From the NCBI GenBank assembly GCA_018649885.1, contig JABIHA010000073.1:1-64000 (forward strand): a stretch of DNA of 64,000 bases, written 5' to 3'. Numbering within the stretch: position 1 is the first letter of the stretch; every line of letters begins with the position of its first letter. Below, in pieces: positions 59,543 to 64,000 of this stretch. The DNA is from Bacteriovoracaceae bacterium (GTDB lineage Bacteria > Bdellovibrionota > Bacteriovoracia > Bacteriovoracales > Bacteriovoracaceae). The notes under the pieces are model-generated. The model made no database searches, had not been told where the DNA came from, and saw nothing but the letters and a program-made list of their open reading frames with translations. A program made the translations under genes and the position numbers.

Positions 59543-59926
59543 CTAGAAATTACCAGTTCTTACGTTGGCAAGCTTCTTATAGCAGGCATACACATCTGTA
59601 TTTGTTTGCCAGTAATCTCTTTCGTCAACACCATCGCCTTCAACCCACCTCTTCTCTTTTTGACAATAAAACTCAAGACCTTGCTTAGCTACAAAAGTAA
59701 CTCCATCATCTACTGGAAATTTCTTCTCTTTTCTTGGAGAGGTCATCCCATCATAGAGGGCCTTGGCCACTTCACCGCCAATAACCATATAGGTATCTTT
59801 CCCATGTGTTGCTATTGAAACACTCGATGTTTTCCAATTCACTTTGTCTTTAGTTTTTAAAATATCACCAGCAAAAGCATTAAAAGAGCCAATCACTAGT
59901 AAACTTGCTACGATTTTTTTCATCAT
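59543..59926 (-). CDS. Secreted hypothetical protein
   Basis: GGGAG SD before MMKKIVASLLVIGSFNAFA signal peptide; real start is downstream of the ORF-track start. Confidence 0.7.
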   Translation of the reverse strand: MMKKIVASLLVIGSFNAFAGDILKTKDKVNWKTSSVSIATHGKDTYMVIGGEVAKALYDGMTSPRKEKKFPVDDGVTFVAKQGLEFYCQKEKRWVEGDGVDERDYWQTNTDVYACYKKLANVRTGNF

Positions 59927-60098
59927 TATTTTTCTCCCAATATAGATAATGTCTGAACTCGTAACATGGTGCATGATCAAACTCAATATCATTGAACTTT
60001 TTACCCTGCTCCAACTACCTAACCACTTGTAATCTTAATACTCTGAGCACAATTTCGCCTACTTCTATGCTATCTCCCACTGGTCTATAATATAGATA

Positions 60099-61043
60099 AT
60101 GAAAAAATTTGAAATAGACTGCGAGTTTCTAGACAACTTTGAAAGCCTTCACACCAGAAAGTATTATCAAATTGATTTACTTCAATTCATTGACTTCATC
60201 ACCCAAAAGCACCCAACAGTAGAGTGTTTTTCTCGGGTTGAAAGAACTCACATCATTGATTACAAAAATCATCTCAGAGAATGTGAAGGAAAAAATGGAC
60301 ACTCTTTTGCTCCTAAAACCATTTCAAGAAAACTGGCCGCACTGTCCAGCTACTTTGACTACTTTATAGAAAAAGGCGCTTTAACTAAATCAAACCCAAC
60401 CTCAAGCGTTAAAAGACCTAGGAAGGAAACAAGATCTCCCACTCACGCTATTAAGGCAGAGATGGTGGAGCTACTTTTTTCTGCATTTGAATCTGAGGGC
60501 GAGCACAGACATCTCCATAAAGCGATTATCATTACCTTATTTTCAACGGGCCTTAGAAAGAGCGAGTTAATATCACTCAAAAGATGCCACCTCAAAAAGA
60601 TAGATACCCACTGGATACTTGAGTACCGCGGAAAGGGTGGAAAGCTAAGGCAAAAAGTAGTTCATCCCGTGGCCCTTGAGGCATTAGATGATTATTTGGA
60701 GTGGATGAAGTCTAAAGGACGCGAGCACCACCCTCACGACTGGCTCTTTCAACCATCCATGAACCGCCATGATAAAAATAATTTAGATAAGCCCTTAAAT
60801 CCCAGAACTCTCAACCGTATACTCGACAAGTATGGGAAAAAAATTGGAGTCAGTGGCAAATTCTCTCCTCATTCAGCGAGGGCCACCTTTATCACCAGAC
60901 TCTTAGAGCAAGGTGTAGAAATCTCCCGCGTTGCGCAGGAAGTTTCCCACTCATCTATCATGACAACTCAAGTTTATGACAAAAGAAGAATGGGACTAGA
61001 AGATAGTCCTATCCACCAACTCAATTATAAAAAAGAGGCCTAA
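60099..61043 (+). CDS. Tyrosine recombinase/integrase (XerC/D-like)
   Basis: TISRKLAALSSYF, TGLRKSE, GKGGK, HSARAT and SHSSIMTTQVY: catalytic R-K-H-R-H-Y set intact. Confidence 0.92.
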   Translation: MKKFEIDCEFLDNFESLHTRKYYQIDLLQFIDFITQKHPTVECFSRVERTHIIDYKNHLRECEGKNGHSFAPKTISRKLAALSSYFDYFIEKGALTKSNPTSSVKRPRKETRSPTHAIKAEMVELLFSAFESEGEHRHLHKAIIITLFSTGLRKSELISLKRCHLKKIDTHWILEYRGKGGKLRQKVVHPVALEALDDYLEWMKSKGREHHPHDWLFQPSMNRHDKNNLDKPLNPRTLNRILDKYGKKIGVSGKFSPHSARATFITRLLEQGVEISRVAQEVSHSSIMTTQVYDKRRMGLEDSPIHQLNYKKEA

Positions 61044-61223
61044 GTCTTTGTCGCAACGTCCGGGGCACAAGGAACGATGAGTGCCATATTGTTGCCCCTA
61101 ATTGTCTCCAGCAAAATTTTCCCACACCAGCAGTAGCGTCTATCACGTCCTCAAAGCAATTCAATTTTGGCACGCTCTTTGCTTTAAAGAAAACATGACC
61201 ACATAAACTCAAAGAGGAGAGAA

Positions 61224-61763
61224 GTGATGAGAAAGGATTTTTCTAAAGTATTTTTTATGTATTTTTTATTTTCAATGTTTTCGGTAGCTCATGCCGATAT
61301 TCGAATTGACATGAACCCTCAAGGACTCAAATTTAGAAAAGGACTCGACGATGATGTGTCCATGCGCTATTCCCAACACATTTATTTGAGTTTTCGAAAT
61401 GATGGAAATATCCAAATGAGAAACTATACGCCAGTAAAGGTGCGACTAGGCTCCACTAATACCCAAGGATACATCTACGGTCCGGCTGCAAGAGGTGGAA
61501 GCCTGGGTGGCCCAGTCTACCCTGGAGAGGTTGCCAATGTATTTATAAGACTTCCGCTGGGAACACTCAAGCACTGCCAAAGAGTACGCGCCACCATTGA
61601 CTCAAATAGGACTCATCAAATCGGCCCATCTGTATTTGGAAATGATACCAAGACCTTTACTGTCTATGAAATGGGAAAGTCTCGACTTCTATGCACTGTT
61701 TTACTACCAAGACCAAGATTTCCTAGGCTTCCAAGAAAAAGGTTTCCATTTCCAAGGCCATAG
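61224..61763 (+). CDS. Secreted hypothetical protein with Pro/Arg-rich C-terminal tail
   Basis: GAGGAG SD; signal peptide ending AHA; tail LPRPRFPRLPRKRFPFPRP. Confidence 0.75.
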   Translation: MMRKDFSKVFFMYFLFSMFSVAHADIRIDMNPQGLKFRKGLDDDVSMRYSQHIYLSFRNDGNIQMRNYTPVKVRLGSTNTQGYIYGPAARGGSLGGPVYPGEVANVFIRLPLGTLKHCQRVRATIDSNRTHQIGPSVFGNDTKTFTVYEMGKSRLLCTVLLPRPRFPRLPRKRFPFPRP

Positions 61764-61782
61764 TCCTTTCGTATTCTTAAAT

Positions 61783-61809
61783 AAAAAAGGCCCACTCAAA
61801 GGTGGGCCT
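61783..61809 (-). terminator. Intrinsic terminator between convergent genes
   Basis: AGGCCCAC-N6-GTGGGCCT stem with a T tract on the minus strand. Confidence 0.75.
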
Positions 61810-61839
61810 AATATTGAGAAATTATTAATTTTTTAATTT

Positions 61840-63783
61840 CTATTTATTTCTCCTAAACAGGCCTTTCCTTTCTTTCGGGGGGGCATTTGGATCTTTTGGT
61901 TTTCTCTTAAAGACCCCACCAAGAAATCCCTTCTTTTCTTTTTCGGCAGCACTACTGCTACTAGCATCCTTATCTTTTTTCTTAAATAGACCTCGAATAC
62001 CTTTACTTGATCCACTGCCTCTACTAGATTTTCTCTCTGCTCTTTTATCTTTTCGGGCCTGTTTTTTGTAGTCCCTATGCTCTTGTCTTCCTTTTTTAGT
62101 GAAAACTGTTTTGCCACTTTTCTTTTTTCTATAAAACCCTTCTTTTTCGCGCTCAGCTGCTTTATCACTTTTACGTGTACTTCGAGCAGTTTTTCTCCCT
62201 GCTCTTTTATCTTTACGAGCCTCTTTTTTGTAGCTCCTATGCGCTTTTCTTTCTTTTTTAGTGAAAACTGTTTTGCCGCTTTTCTTTTTTCTATAAAGCC
62301 CTTCTTCTTCAGCGTCATTTTTGCGAGTTGATTTTCTCTCTGCTCTCTTATCTTTACGCGCCTGTTTTTTATATTTTCTATGTGCTTTTCTTCCTTTTTT
62401 AGTGAAAACTGTTTTACCATTTTTCTTTTCCCTAAAATTCCCTTGTGCTTCGCGCTCTTCTTCTTTGGCAAGTTTGCGACTGCTTCGATCAATTTCTCTC
62501 GACACTTTTCTTCTTGTATGTTCTGATTTCTTTGTACCTTTAAGCCTTTTTCGCTCAGTTTTGGTATCACTACGGGCCTGCTTTCTCGCTTCAGACCTTG
62601 TCATTCCCTCGGCCCTCAGACCCTTTTTTCTATCACTCTTACTCTTGCGATTAACTCTTTTTCCAGCTTTCCTAGTAGTCCGATCTTCTACTCTTTTGGC
62701 CTTCTCACTGGTTTTTCCTGCCTTTCTCTCTAGCCTTGACAGCTTTCTATCTCCTGCACCACTTTCTACAGCATCTTGATATTTTTTCTGAGCTTTATCC
62801 CTTTTCCTGTCTGCCCGATCCCTTTTCCTAGTATGCTTTTTCTTAAAACCGAGCGACTTATTATACTTTCTCAGATCTCTTTTAGTTTCTTTAGCATTGA
62901 ATTCTTTATGAGCTTTCCCTCTTTTTTCTCCACGTGCATCTCTTTTCTCTTGAACTTTAGTCTGATAATCTGATACCTCTTCAGACTGCTCTCCATATTT
63001 TTCTTTGAGTCTGGCCAGTTTTTTCTCTTCTCTACCTTTTTTTCTAGCATGACGCTTATCCAATTTTCCCGCACGAGATTTTCTGTAACGTTTAGCCGCT
63101 TTCTTTTTCTCTTTATGACCTTCACGCTGCTCTTTTCTTGCTAGCTTTTGACCTAACTTTTTAGATCTTTTCTTTCTCCGGCCTTCTTTCGTTTTTGATT
63201 CGGCCTGCCTTGCCTCAAAATCTTCTTGTGATTCACCGTAGGCCATTACTGAATCATTCATTTTGTCATTACGGCGTTGGTTTTTAACCGCTTTTTTCGC
63301 CTTATAGGCCTTTACTTCTTCTGAATTTTCACCATATTTGGCCTCAAGCCTTTGAACTTTTCTGTCTTGACGCCACTGTCTACGTTTTACTTTCTTTGTT
63401 TGTTTCTCAATTCCTGATTTTCTTAGCCTAGAGCTTCCCTCTTTTGTGGCCCTTTCACCATCAAAGGCACCGGACCAACCTTCGGCCCTTCGCTTTTGAT
63501 CCATTTTCAATTCAGCATCTTTATATTTTTGTGAATCAGTTCCATGTTTTTCAGCAATGCGCTCTAGCCTCGCAGTATCTTTTTCAACTCCAGCTTTATA
63601 TTTTTCTTTCCGTTTTTCTTGTTTTTCAAGCTCTCTCTTGTTTTGATTTTCGGTTCGAGTGGCTCTCCTAGTATCCTTTCTTTCTTGTGTCAGCTCTGCC
63701 CTTGACTGGCCTTCTTCCTCTTCTGAGGCCATTACCGGGAATGTCACCAGTAGTGCAAGTAGAAACGAAGTTAATGCTTTCAT
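61840..63783 (-). CDS. Secreted, very Lys/Arg-rich low-complexity protein with three C-terminal repeats
   Basis: AGGAG SD; signal peptide; 647 aa; KKxGKTVFTKK..HR.YKK.ARKDKRA three times. Confidence 0.8.
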   Translation of the reverse strand: MKALTSFLLALLVTFPVMASEEEEGQSRAELTQERKDTRRATRTENQNKRELEKQEKRKEKYKAGVEKDTARLERIAEKHGTDSQKYKDAELKMDQKRRAEGWSGAFDGERATKEGSSRLRKSGIEKQTKKVKRRQWRQDRKVQRLEAKYGENSEEVKAYKAKKAVKNQRRNDKMNDSVMAYGESQEDFEARQAESKTKEGRRKKRSKKLGQKLARKEQREGHKEKKKAAKRYRKSRAGKLDKRHARKKGREEKKLARLKEKYGEQSEEVSDYQTKVQEKRDARGEKRGKAHKEFNAKETKRDLRKYNKSLGFKKKHTRKRDRADRKRDKAQKKYQDAVESGAGDRKLSRLERKAGKTSEKAKRVEDRTTRKAGKRVNRKSKSDRKKGLRAEGMTRSEARKQARSDTKTERKRLKGTKKSEHTRRKVSREIDRSSRKLAKEEEREAQGNFREKKNGKTVFTKKGRKAHRKYKKQARKDKRAERKSTRKNDAEEEGLYRKKKSGKTVFTKKERKAHRSYKKEARKDKRAGRKTARSTRKSDKAAEREKEGFYRKKKSGKTVFTKKGRQEHRDYKKQARKDKRAERKSSRGSGSSKGIRGLFKKKDKDASSSSAAEKEKKGFLGGVFKRKPKDPNAPPKERKGLFRRNK

Positions 63784-64000
63784 GATTTTGCTCCTATTTA
63801 AATTTATTGTTGAATTTAGAATATAATTTAAGACTAATAGACATACCCATTAGAGAGCTATTTTCCACCAGAACATGGTTTAATTTATCCATATAAGCCA
63901 TTTTAAATTTCAAAAAAAACTCCCCCAGCAAACAAATATGTTTCGTGTACTATTATCGTCAAGTTTAAGGGATAGATTTAAGTCTATTATCGAATTTGCT

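Noticed and set aside
61062..61098. GGGGCA...TGCCCC weak inverted repeat after the recombinase as a recombination site
   Set aside because: Only 6-bp arms with a long loop, and no resemblance to dif-type 11-6-11 sites
61833..62779. Overlapping ORFs 61833..62570 (-) and 62321..62779 (+)
   Set aside because: Expected stop-free alternative frames in A/G-rich low-complexity repeat sequence
1..64000. rRNA, tRNA, cas genes, reverse transcriptase/retron or prophage
   Set aside because: No recognisable signatures by eye; tRNAscan-SE and Infernal would be needed to exclude small RNA genes

Overview
AT-rich bacterial chromosomal window. The gene content suggests Bdellovibrionota (Bacteriovoracaceae/Halobacteriovorax-like); this is inferred from a TIGR02147-type protein, a large RCC1-repeat surface protein, a GP42-type transglutaminase, a DUF4105 protein, DUF222-like HNH nucleases and many signal-peptide hypotheticals. 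Housekeeping and metabolic genes include ctaA, hppD-hmgA, bcp, marC, phnA, amtB-glnK, spoVG, a fused 2-oxoacid dehydrogenase E1 with an acyltransferase, an MBOAT/SGNH O-acylation pair and a tyrosine recombinase. Mobile or decayed DNA: a complete IS1182-family element (15-bp perfect TIRs, 4-bp ATGC target duplication) inside a frameshifted HNH pseudogene, and a frameshifted hybrid histidine kinase. The best leads are: (i) two HNH loci, each behind a ~750-bp non-coding leader with a direct-repeat pair enclosing a hairpin and marked strand-compositional skew; (ii) a degenerate bipartite motif array with hairpins at 26.9-27.4 kb; (iii) a structured ncRNA candidate at 32.47-32.64 kb; (iv) a TetR/radical SAM/membrane-protein operon with a visible operator; (v) a convergent pair of RoxA/MauG-like diheme proteins. 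I saw no rRNA, tRNA or CRISPR array. All family assignments come from motif recognition by eye, not from database searches.
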